Below are positions 51,971 through 64,000 of a DNA stretch of 64,000 nt, piece after piece. Position 1 is the first letter of the stretch, and each line of letters starts with the position of its first letter. The notes under the pieces are model-generated. The model was not told where the DNA came from. It did not search any database and was given only the letters and a program-made list of their open reading frames with translations. The translations under genes and the position numbers were made by a program. Origin of the DNA: Ranitomeya imitator (Eukaryota); the NCBI RefSeq assembly GCF_032444005.1, contig NC_091288.1:201748001-201812000 (forward strand). The letters are read 5' to 3'.

Positions 51971-54339
51971 ACTATTATTATTTTTTTATATAGCACCATT
52001 GATTCCATGGTGCTGTACATGAGCGGTGACCTCCCAAAGTGTAGAGGAACAATTCAAGAGTGTGGGGTACTTATTTCAGAATTCGGGGGGGGGGGGGGGG
52101 GGGGGGTTAACGGCCCGGGGGGGGGCATTTTTTTGAGGGGCATTACTTGTGGGCAAGGTCAATTTGGGGGGTCACAGCTCAACCCGGTTTTGGGCTATCA
52201 ACCCCAAATTTTCAGGGTGTGTAGAGTACCCCTAGCGAACCAATAGTGTAAAAAATTGAGGGTGGCACTTTGAGGGCACCCCAAAACTAATGCCCCCCCC
52301 CCCCCCAAAAAAAAAAAAAAAAAAAAAAATGCCCCCCTCCCATTAACCTAAAAATTCTGAAAAAAAAAATAGCCCAACTAATGAATTGTTCCTCTACACA
52401 CTATGAAAATTTGACGTCGATAGCCCCAATCTGGGCTGAGCAGTTACCCCCCAAAGCTGCCCTGCCCATTGAAGCTTATCGCGCGCAGGGTCACTGCCCA
52501 GCCTGGTTTGTGCCTACCGACCCCACATTTTCAGGGTGTGTAGAGGAACAATTCAAGAGTGTCGGGTAATTTGTTCAGAAGTTTGGGGGTCGGGAAGGGG
52601 GGCATATTTTTGGGGTGATCTCAAAATGCCCCCCACATTTTTGCAGCACTGGTCCACTAGAGCTATGGGTACGCTACACACCCTGAAAATGTGTGGTTGA
52701 TAGCCACAAACAGGGCTGAGCAGAGACTCCCCAAAGTGACCCTGCCCATTGAAGTCTATGGTGCGCAAGGTCACTGCTCAGCCCGATTTGGGTCTGTCGA
52801 CCACAAATTCTCAGGGTGTGTAGAGGAACACTTTAAGAGTGTGTGGTAATTTTTTTCAGAATGTTTTGGGTCAACCGGGGCATTTTTTGGTGGGGCACAA
52901 CGTTTGGGTTGCCCTCAAAAGCCCCCCAAAGTTTTACACCACACCTCCTTTGCTACATATCGAAGTATTGGCAATGCTGATGAGTATACTGGACCCCGCG
53001 ATCACTTGGCTGGATGTGGGAATGTGCAGAGGAAAAATGAGGATAATGAACGGGATTACAGCAGCACCCCACATGCGGATGGTGGTGCCGAGAAAATCTA
53101 GTACATCAGCCTCATTCTGGAGAGGTGCTGACATGAAGGATTGATCAGCTCTCCGTGAGAGAGAGCGAGAAAGAAAGAGAGAGAGAAAGCCTGATGTGAC
53201 GCTACCGGGTCTCGGGTGGGGGAAGTCGCCGGTTCTGTAAAGCGAGTGTGTAGTGGGGGTCAGCACACACACGGCGACTAAGGAGTTAAATGGAGGCGGA
53301 TATTCCTGTATCTGGGATTGGTCGGCGCCTGCGGATGTCTCTCGCTCATTGGCTGATTACAGATCCGTTGATGGTTTTGAATTTCCCGCTCAATATCTGT
53401 TCTTTGTCCGTCGGATTATTACCGGCCCCTCTGCTGGAGCGGCGATCGCCGATAATACCGGGTCCTGTCCTCCCAGCTGTCTGCCCCCAAACACGGGGAT
53501 CGGTTTGCTTATCGGTTGCCATTAATATTCTGGGGAGGTTATAATAGTCTTCAGAGGCGCCTTCCATCCGAAACATTAGTGTCCAGGACGTGGTCATCAC
53601 ATAGGAGTCTCCGTACCCGGTACACAGGGCGTCCGTCTATCCAGCTGCCTCAGACAGCCACATTCCCTGTGAATATTCGCTGCCCCCTGTTCAGTATAAC
53701 ATCAAGTAGCAGAATCAACACATTCATCTCACGGCAGGACTGTAGTAACCGCATCACTCCGGGGTTTGTACTGTGTGCATAGAGGGGCCTCCGGGAGGCA
53801 GTGTGCGGATATATCCCCCATAAATCTGTGAGGTTTGAGATCAATAAGAAGAAACCGCATCACCCGAAGTTTGCGGTGCCGGCTCTAGTATGGAAAGACG
53901 GGGAGGAAAATAAGAGGGGAGAGTATAGAAGACACGTCCCAGGCTGTGACCGATACTACAGGCAGCCGCACGGGGGATATTGTGCCCTGCAGAGACGCTG
54001 CGCCCGATACTAATCAGCGCCCAATAAAAGCAGGATCTTAGGACAACATCTTAACAGATTTAGAAAACGCCGGGAGTTGCTCCGTTATTAGAGCTGTAGA
54101 GGGATCTGCTTGGGAAAACCAGGTTAGTCTTTCTAGGTCAAAATATTGGAAAAGACCCTAGTCCCAGATCACACACTGCGGGCACATCCCAGAATCTGGA
54201 TAATGCGGCTTCATTCCTTCGACCGGGAACCCACAGCATTAGTGGCTCAGTAAAGGTTCTAAACGATATATTAACTTTATAACCACCAGGAACCAGAGCG
54301 CAGGAATAGGAAGGTGCAGCCTCTCACTGAGATGTGGGT

Positions 54340-54355
54340 GGCTCTGAAAAGAGCC
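54340..54355 (-). terminator. Histone 3' stem-loop (H4 copy 2)
   Basis: GGCTCTTTTCAGAGCC-ACCCA. Confidence 0.95.
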
Positions 54356-54385
54356 TTTGGGTTGTGAAGACAGAAGAGAACACAA

Positions 54386-54706
<321 letters not shown>

Positions 54707-57373
54707 TCAGTGAGCAAAAACTGATTCCTGGACAGCACGGACTGCTCCTTTATATGGAGGAAGAATGGACCAGAGAGAGAACTGCAGAGATGACGCACTT
54801 CCGGGACGGGTCTTCCAGAATCTACATTTGCCCCTCCCTTCCTCTGCTGATTGGCTGACCACAGAACTGTTGGGACGTTTGAGTTTCCCGCTCATTGGTC
54901 ATATTCTGCAATTATCTTCCCAGCTTGTATTTTATGCAATTTCTTTCCCTTGTGACTAAAGATATCCCACATATTTTCATCACCGTTCCAGATCATCGTG
55001 GTTCATACCATCCACAATGTATGATGCCCCCACTTATCCCGCACACAGTATGCTGCCCCCAAAGTTATCCTCCACATAGTATGATGCCCCCTACACAGCA
55101 AGATAACCACACAGTAGGATGCCCCCACAGTTACTGTTTAAGGGTATGATATCCCCAGTTACTCCGAAAACAGTATGATGCCCTAAGTTACCCCCCCCCC
55201 CCCCCCCCCCAACACACACACAGGAAATATGATGCACCCACAGTTACACCCTATACAATGTGATACCCCCAGAGCGACCCATCCTCAGTGTAATGTAATG
55301 ATTAACAATTGTTCATGTTATGGTGAAAGTCTTCCATTAATGGAGATTTGGAAGGGTGAAAGAAGCAAGAGAAATTAGAAGAGATATTTCATCAGATCAA
55401 CATCTGGTGATTAAATGTTCATTTTTGCCATTACCTCATGTACAAATCACAAACCAGAGAGACACATTTTTATGCAGTTTTTTATATATCATGTTATGCT
55501 TTAGTAATGCAAAATCACATGACTGGGCCTTTAATTGTAAAGTACAAATTATTAGGGGTTTTTTTGCTTCTTTTTCATTGTTTGTCTTAATGTGAAAACT
55601 GTACTGGCAGCAAAAGGGTTAAAAAACCAGTGTAACAGAAAAATGATCCCTACTACATTGCCCTCTATAGTGCCAGAGGCATTTACTCTCTTACAACCAG
55701 GACTTACTTCTTAGGCGTTAGGGCAGTGAACCCATTAAATGCTGCAGGTCAGTTACTGAGTAGCTGTATGATGGCTCCTGGGTCCCAGTAGGGCACTGTA
55801 TGAAATACCAGGTCGGATCCACTGCCAATTACAGCACAAAGCCATTTTTGGCAGTGAAATCTGATTAAGAAAAGTCCCTTCAACATCCACACCAGTAGCA
55901 ATATGCATCGTGCATCCCCCCATAAAGTGGTTTTGACGTCCTGCAGCAGTGACAGGGGAGTCTAGCGAAGATAATCGCTGTTTTTCGGCAAGGAACATTC
56001 CATGTTATCCAAATCAATTTTCTTTATGACCCCAGTGGCCCATTCTGGTGGGCGCTCCTGCCGGCCCCAACAACGTCCCCGCCTGCCATTTGCGTTTCTT
56101 TTATCGTGTGCTCCAGCCAGTCTCTTCCATGCTGTTCGGAGGGATCAGTGTCCCCATTGCAGTTTGGGCTACACAGCGAGAAGGATTTCACAAGCCTTTA
56201 ATGCCACTGGCCGGTCACAGTCACACAGACAAGTCAATAAGGCCGGAAAAAGCCCGACTCTTTCACATGTAACCAGAGCGTCGGAGATGGAACCTGAGCT
56301 TCTGCTAGATGGCAGCCCTATAGTGTAAGGGCACGTTAGGGACGGCCCCATCTCCAATATTTGTGACATATACACATATAGGAATCCTTAGCCAAACAGT
56401 AAACACCTTTACCAAAGTCACGGTTTGTTTAGAAGTCCGACAGCCGAGCAGGTGCGTTTGGAGGTCTGGCAGCAGGGCAGCGCATTTCGAGATCCAACAG
56501 CTGTGGAGGTGCGTTTCAAGATCCGACAGCCAACGAAGAGTATTTCGATGTCCGACAGCCGGGTAGATGTGCTTCGAGGTCCAGCAGCCGCGGCGGAGTG
56601 ATTCGAGGTCCTGTCACGTAGATATATATCCAGTTAGTGCAGTGTACGGGGGAACACAGGTGTTGGTTCTGCCCCGTATATATATATTTACAGTGTATAC
56701 ATTGTTTGCGGTGTATAGGGAACACAGCGCTACCGGGGCCTGGGGTGAAGGTGCCGCATCTTTGGATACTCTGATGAGAGATCAGCTGGAACACGGAAAA
56801 TAAGAAGTTAAATGGAGGAGACACGTCTGTGTACCTGATGTACGTAGATGTCTCTCCTCCATTTAACGTCCTATTTTCAAGGCTGAGCTTTCCCAAGGCT
56901 GCCCGCTCATTGTCTTATCACATGATCCTTTGGGGGATTTGAGTTTCCCGCTCATAATCTCTGGAGGATTATTACCGGTCACTGCCGATAGCGGAGATCA
57001 CAATCCGGTCACACCCGGAACAGCGCGGAGTCCTGTCCTCCAGAGCCGCCGCACACGGGATCGTCCTCCGAGAGAAGGCGCCGTCACTGATGTGGAGGAG
57101 AATCACCCGCCCGGTCCCCTTACTGCGGGACCTGCTAACTACATGTAGACCTCAGCGCGGAGTATCAGACACTAATGAGGGGACATTTCCTGCGAGCTTG
57201 GCAGACGACACTCCCACCTGAGGGGTCTGAGACTTCATGTGGGATTGACCCATTCATCTCCTATTATTCTGTGGATATGTGCACCAACAATGGCGGCAAA
57301 GGTGTATGTACCATCAGCCTCATGTGAGGACCCCGAGATAGGCGGCGCCGGCTCTTGTGGTGACGGTGTGGGT

Positions 57374-57389
57374 GGCTCTTAGAAGAGCC
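57374..57389 (-). terminator. Histone 3' stem-loop (H2A copy 2)
   Basis: GGCTCTTCTAAGAGCC-ACCCA. Confidence 0.95.
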
Positions 57390-57418
57390 TTTGGTTTTGT
57401 AGAGATTGGCGGCAGCGC

Positions 57419-57880
<462 letters not shown>

Positions 57881-58387
57881 TTATATAGTCTGCTGCTCCG
57901 CCCTCCTCTCCTGTCATTGGATGACTCTGAAGCTGGCCAATGGGGAAGAGTCTTGAGGAACCGCCAATGAGCTGCCGAGGGCGGAGCTTATTATTGCTCC
58001 TTGCTCAAATTAGTTTCTCACCCAATAGAAAACGTTCGCTTTGGACCGAATAGATAAGGGGTGAAAACAGATATTTGTCTTGGAGCAGAAGGAAGTGCAG
58101 AAATATTCTGTTGATTTGTAGTTTGCACTTGTTGAATTTGTGTCTACTATCAGCCATAAATTGCACTGACAGTCTGGTGGGTGAGGGGTTAATCCCTGTC
58201 AGTGCTTCTCCTCCGCTCCATCTGCACAGGAGGCGGCTCCTCACTCACCCGCTTATTACCCTGTGCAGATTCCCTGTGGTGTCCGCGCTGATCCTATCAC
58301 AGCCTGACTGAGACAAGTCTCCTATGTTCTGCCCGGAGCCTGATGTGACGCTGCCGGGTCCCGGGTGGGGGAAGTCGCCGCTTCTGT

Positions 58388-58726
58388 ATTGTATGATACA
58401 ATATTGTTCTGCTCCAGGAAGACATCCAGGCCTCTCTTGAACCCCTCGACTGAGTTCGCCATCACCACCTCCTCAGGCAAGCAATTCCAGATTCTCACCG
58501 CCCTAACAGTAAAGAATCCTCTTCTATGTTGGTGGAAAAACCTTCTCTCCTCCAGACGCAAAGAATGCCCCCTTGTGCCCGTGGCCTTGGTATAAACAGA
58601 TCCTCAGCGAGATATTTCTATTGTCCCCTTATATACTTATACATGGTTATTAGATCGCCCCTCAGTCGTCTTTTTCTAGACTAAATAATCCTAATTTCGC
58701 TAATCTATCTGGGTATTGTAGTTCTC
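58388..58726 (-). mobile_element. Internal CR1 ORF2 fragment (duplicate of 37186-37536)
   Basis: Same breakpoints; lacks the 12-bp CCTTGGTATAAA duplication present in the first copy. Confidence 0.9.
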
Positions 58727-59789
58727 AACAGAACAGTTGCTAATTTTTAATTTCCCGCTTATTGTGCTCTTATTTCCCCGCTTCTCTATTCTTCTCATCT
58801 CGGCGCCGCTGCTAGATCTGTTGGTTATTTCGATTTTTTTTCATTGTTATTTATGTTGCTAGTTTCCAGCTTCTGCCAAATGTTAGCTAGTAGAATAAAA
58901 AATATATTCTAGGGACAATAATCTACAGAAAACTCGTGATCCCCGGCAGTCACTCATCATTACACGTGGTGCCGGACTGGCGGCCATTACCGGTCCCTCA
59001 GAGCAGGGAGCTGCATGTAACCAGTCACCCTGCGGCTCCAGCCCTGGAGAAGATGGGAAAAGTCAAATATACGAGAATTGCTTAACGACCCACCCACCAC
59101 AAATGCGACCATCGCAGCACACGGGGGAGGGATCTGCTCAGACCAGTGTCAGGCAGAATAGATCACATAAAGGCGTCATCACCGATCTGAGGGACAAATG
59201 AGGTTATTAACAGAAACTAAGCGCAGAGATCTCCGATCCGAACAAAAGAGAACAACCTAAAGCCGCAAGACTGAGGAGGCGGCACTAGGACCCAGCGCGT
59301 GCGACAGCAGATTGTGATCGGTTATGATCCTCAGGAGCGCGAGCAGCAAATGAGCGGGAATTTCAAATCCACCAGCGGATCGGTAAATGACCACAAAACA
59401 TCAGCATAAAGAACCGTTCTCAGGAACCGACCAATCACCGATTACTTTTACTCCATTAACTCAATAGTGACCGCGTTCCTGCAGATCCACCCCATTTACG
59501 TCTGCACTGTATAGGAACCGCACATCCACCACCGCAAACCCGGTTGTGCACTGTACACACTTTACGCGGTCCTTATAACACGTCGGTTTTGTTATAGATG
59601 TCGGACACTTTTGGACTGGGCGAGAATAGAGAATGTGCAGAGCGATAACCAATATCGCTGATCACCTGCAATATCGGAAGCAGCAGCCTCCGTCCATTAA
59701 CTGATCGACCGTGCCTGCGCTTCGTACACGGAGAATACGCGCAGAAAAGGGACTGCTCAGGAATCGGCTCATTTGGGAGAGACTTTGGT

Positions 59790-59805
59790 GGCTCTGAAAA
59801 GAGCC
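59790..59805 (-). terminator. Histone 3' stem-loop (H3 copy 2)
   Basis: GGCTCTTTTCAGAGCC-ACCA. Confidence 0.95.
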
Positions 59806-59834
59806 TTTGTGTTGTGGTCGCAGCCGGGGCAGAT

Positions 59835-60434
<600 letters not shown>

Positions 60435-60653
60435 CTAATCCCGCCCCTGAAGTCCCCGCCTCTTCCGTGATGCGTCTGTCCTCAGATCACTCATTTGCCG
60501 CTTGCTGGAGCAGCTGATGTATTTGCGTTCAAATGTCCCCGTGTATAGCGCTGTACAGTGCAGCTCCCGCAATATCGACAGATCACACAAACCCCCCATC
60601 CTGAGACTGCGCCCAGCATCAGTTATATTACAAACATTAGAAGTCCGAGAACT

Positions 60654-62087
60654 AATCATACAGCTCTGCGGGGAGGAGGCGGTGGCACTGATCATACAGC
60701 TCTGCGGGGAGGAGGTAGTGGCTCTGATCATACAGCTCTGCGGGGAGAATGTGATGGCTCTGATCATACAGCTCTGCTGGGGAGGAGGTGGTGGCTCTGA
60801 TCATACAGCTCTGTGGGGAGAAGGTGGTTGCTCTGATCATACAGCTCTGCGGGGAGGAGGTAGTGGCACTGATAATACAGCTCTGCGGGGAGGAGGTAGT
60901 GGCACTGATCATACAGCTCTGTGGGGAGAAGGTGGTTGCTCTGATCATACAGCTCTGCGAGGAGGAGGTGATGGCACTGATCATACAGCTCTGCGGGGAG
61001 GAGGTGGTGGCACTGATCATACAGCTCTGTGGGGAGAAGGTGGTTGCTCTGATCATACAGCTCTGCGGGGAGGAGGTGGTGGCACTGATCATACAGCTCT
61101 GCGGGGAGGAGGTGGTGGCACTGATCATACAGCTCTGCGAGGAGGAGGTAGTGGCACTGATCATACAGCTCTGCGGGGAGGAGGTGGTGGCACTGATCAT
61201 ACAGCTCTGCGAGGAGGAGGTGGTGGCACTGATCATACAGCTCTGCGGGGAGTGGGTGATGGCACTGATCATACAGCTCTGCTGGGAGAAGGTGGTGGCA
61301 CTGATCAAACAGCTCTGCTGGGGAGGAGGTGGCTCTGATCATACAGCTCTGTGGGGAGAGGTGGTGGCACTGATCATACAGCTCTGCTGGGGAGGAGGTG
61401 GTTGCTCTGATCATACAGCTCTGCGGGGAGGAGGTAGTGGCACTGATCATACAGCTCTGCGGGGAGGAGGTAGTGGCTCTGATCATACAGCTCTGCGGGG
61501 AGAATGTGATGGCTCTGATCATACAGCTCTGCTGGGGAGGAGGTGGTGGCTCTGATCATACAGCTCTGTGGGGAGAAGGTGGTTGCTCTGATCATACAGC
61601 TCTGCGGGGAGGAGGTAGTGGCACTGATAATACAGCTCTGCGGGGAGGAGGTAGTGGCACTGATCATACAGCTCTGTGGGGAGAAGGTGGTTGCTCTGAT
61701 CATACAGCTCTGCGAGGAGGAGGTGATGGCACTGATCATACAGCTCTGCGGGGAGGAGGTGGTGGCACTGATCATACAGCTCTGTGGGGAGAAGGTGGTT
61801 GCTCTGATCATACAGCTCTGCGGGGAGGAGGTGGTGGCACTGATCATACAGCTCTGCGGGGAGGAGGTGGTGGCACTGATCATACAGCTCTGCGAGGAGG
61901 AGGTAGTGGCACTGATCATACAGCTCTGCGGGGAGGAGGTGGTGGCACTGATCATACAGCTCTGCGAGGAGGAGGTGGTGGCACTGATCATACAGCTCTG
62001 CGGGGAGTGGGTGATGGCACTGATCATACAGCTCTGCTGGGAGGAGGTGTTGGCACTGATCATACAGCTCTGCGGGGAGGAGGTGGT
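60654..62087 (-). repeat. 36-bp HDE-containing array directly 3' of H1 copy 2 (~40 units)
   Basis: Same unit and flanks as 47750-49647; 755-bp higher-order period. Confidence 0.97.
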
Positions 62088-62103
62088 GGCTCTTATAAGA
62101 GCC
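62088..62103 (-). terminator. Histone 3' stem-loop (H1 copy 2)
   Basis: GGCTCTTATAAGAGCC-ACCA. Confidence 0.93.
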
Positions 62104-62131
62104 TTTGTGGTATCAGAACAGGGGCTGCAGC

Positions 62132-62770
62132 TTATTTCTTAGCCGCGGGCTTCTTGGCTTTCGCAGCCTTCTTAGCCGGACTCTTGGCGGGTTTGGCCGC
62201 CTTCTTAGCCGGACTCTTCGTCACCTTCTTGGGCTTGGGAGCGGCTTTCGGCTTTTTGGGGCTCTTGGCCGCTTTCTTGGCAGCTGCGGGCTTCTTGGCC
62301 TTTTTCGGGCTCTTCTTGGCCGCGGTCGGAGCCTTCTTGGGCTTCTTCGGAGATTTGGCGGCTTTCTTGGCAGCAGCGGGTTTCTTAGGTTTGGCCGCAG
62401 CTGCTGGCTTCTTCTTGGCCACTTTGTCCTTCGTCTCCTGCTTCTTGTTCAGCTTGAAGGACCCGGAGGCGCCGCTGCCCTTCACCTGGAGGAGGGCGCC
62501 CTTGGTGACCAGAGACTTGACGGCCAGCTTCAGGCGGCTGTTGTTCTTCTCTACATCGTATCCTCCGGCAGACAGAGCCTTCTTCAGGGCGGCCAGAGAC
62601 ACCCCGCTGCGCTCCTTGGAGGCGGACACGGCTTTCACGATCAGCTCGGAGACGCTGGGGCCGGAGGGTTTATTGCTCTTCTTGGCAGCAGATTTCTTCG
62701 GCTGCTTCTTGGATTTGGCGGCCGGTTCTGCGGGAGGGGGAGCGGCGGCTGGCGCGGTCTCTGCCATCAT
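62132..62770 (-). CDS. H1: Linker histone H1, copy 2
   Basis: Protein identical to copy 1. Confidence 0.97.
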   Translation of the reverse strand: MMAETAPAAAPPPAEPAAKSKKQPKKSAAKKSNKPSGPSVSELIVKAVSASKERSGVSLAALKKALSAGGYDVEKNNSRLKLAVKSLVTKGALLQVKGSGASGSFKLNKKQETKDKVAKKKPAAAAKPKKPAAAKKAAKSPKKPKKAPTAAKKSPKKAKKPAAAKKAAKSPKKPKAAPKPKKVTKSPAKKAAKPAKSPAKKAAKAKKPAAKK

Positions 62771-64000
62771 GTGCTGCGGAAAAACAAGATGAAAATATTT
62801 CCTGATAGGAAGGAAAACACTGAGGCCGGAGCTGGAGGCGCCTGTTATATGTACAGGCTTACTGCGCACTGATTGGCTGCTGAGCTGCACCGTTCTGAGC
62901 TTCTATTGGCTGACACTGGACATAAACCCCGCCTCCTCCCAGCTGAGTCCGGGTGAAGCACCGCTCTCTCCTTGTGCTTCCCTGCCCGGGATAAAAGCCC
63001 TTTACCGGCTAACACCGGACAGCAGAGCGCGCTTCCTCCATCGCCTCTCCTTCTCCAACATCTCCACCGGCCATTTGTAGCCGTCACTAGCAGAGATGCC
63101 GGGAAAGAGCGGAGAACAAATCCCGGGATCATCGCCGCCGTCCTCCCGATCTGCACCTCACTGTGTATCCGGGGAGATAAATCTGCTGCGGGAGCTCGTT
63201 CCTCCTATTCCCGGCTCTTGTCACCATCACAGGGATCTTTACTCCAATGTCTATCGTACAGGGAGCTGATTGTACGATGTGGGGACGAGCTGGAGCTGCT
63301 GAGAACCCAGAAGGGTAACACAGGCGACGGCCTCCGCTGACTGCCACCTCCCTGACCTGTGGTGTCACTGTACCCCGTATGTGCAGAGGATTGGGGGGAC
63401 ACGTGTTCCACACCAGTAGATGATCCACATCGGTGGCTGAGTGCAATCACCTGCCTGATATCTTGTCTTAGTGGTGGGAAAGAGCTCTGATGAGGCGACA
63501 GCTGCACAGTGCGACTCCCCAACCAAACACATGAACATCTCAGGGGAGAAAACTGAAATATTAACGGATGTATATGACCCCCACTATTATGCAAAAGGGG
63601 AATATTGGGAGAAGAGCGGAGACACAAAATCCAGCGTCTACACAGAGAACACAGCTGTATATAGTATATATAGTGCACAGCATCACATCTGCACAGCCCA
63701 GATCAGCAGTGTAATAAGTGCCACTGATAATAGAGGAGAGGGTACAGTATATACAGCAGAGTGTACAGTATATACAGCAGTGTATAGTATATACAGCAGT
63801 GTACAGTATATAGAGCAGTGTATAGTATAGTGCGGTGTGTACAGTATATAGAGCGGTGTGTGCAGTATATACAGCAGAGTACACTGTATGTAGACCAGAG
63901 TGTACAGTATATACAGCAGAGTACACAGTATATAGACCAGAGTGTACAGTATACAGAGCAGTGTGTGCAGTATATGCAGCAGAGTACACAGTATATAGAG

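Noticed and set aside
55700-56330. Possible decayed transposase fragment between H4 and H2A
   Set aside because: No motif could be confirmed by eye.

Overview
Vertebrate, most likely anuran amphibian, genomic DNA with three N-gaps. Left part (1-22 kb): six coding exons of EME2 on the minus strand (the gene continues past base 1), head-to-head with a complete 4-exon MRPS34 on the plus strand. The introns and intergenic DNA are dense in MITEs, Tc1, Helitron and CR1 elements, including one CR1 with an uninterrupted ORF2. Middle (22-35 kb): a stack of nested transposons (Helitron>Tc1, DIRS>CR1, T2-type MITE with telomere-like blocks) and a ~31-bp satellite. Right part (35-64 kb): a rearranged, partly duplicated replication-dependent histone cluster, with all genes on the minus strand (H2A, H2B, H4, H3 with a K9 stop, H1, H4, H2A, H3, H1). 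The most striking signal is a 36-bp tandem array starting immediately after each H1 3' stem-loop. Its unit is the histone cleavage site plus a 9-nt match to the U7 snRNA-binding element (AGAGCTGTA), present in roughly 50 and 40 copies. A third, inverted array of about 22 copies sits behind a CCAAT/TATA promoter that has no histone ORF, and H2B shows a smaller independent amplification of its own processing signal. All calls come from reading the sequence by eye; no searches were run.
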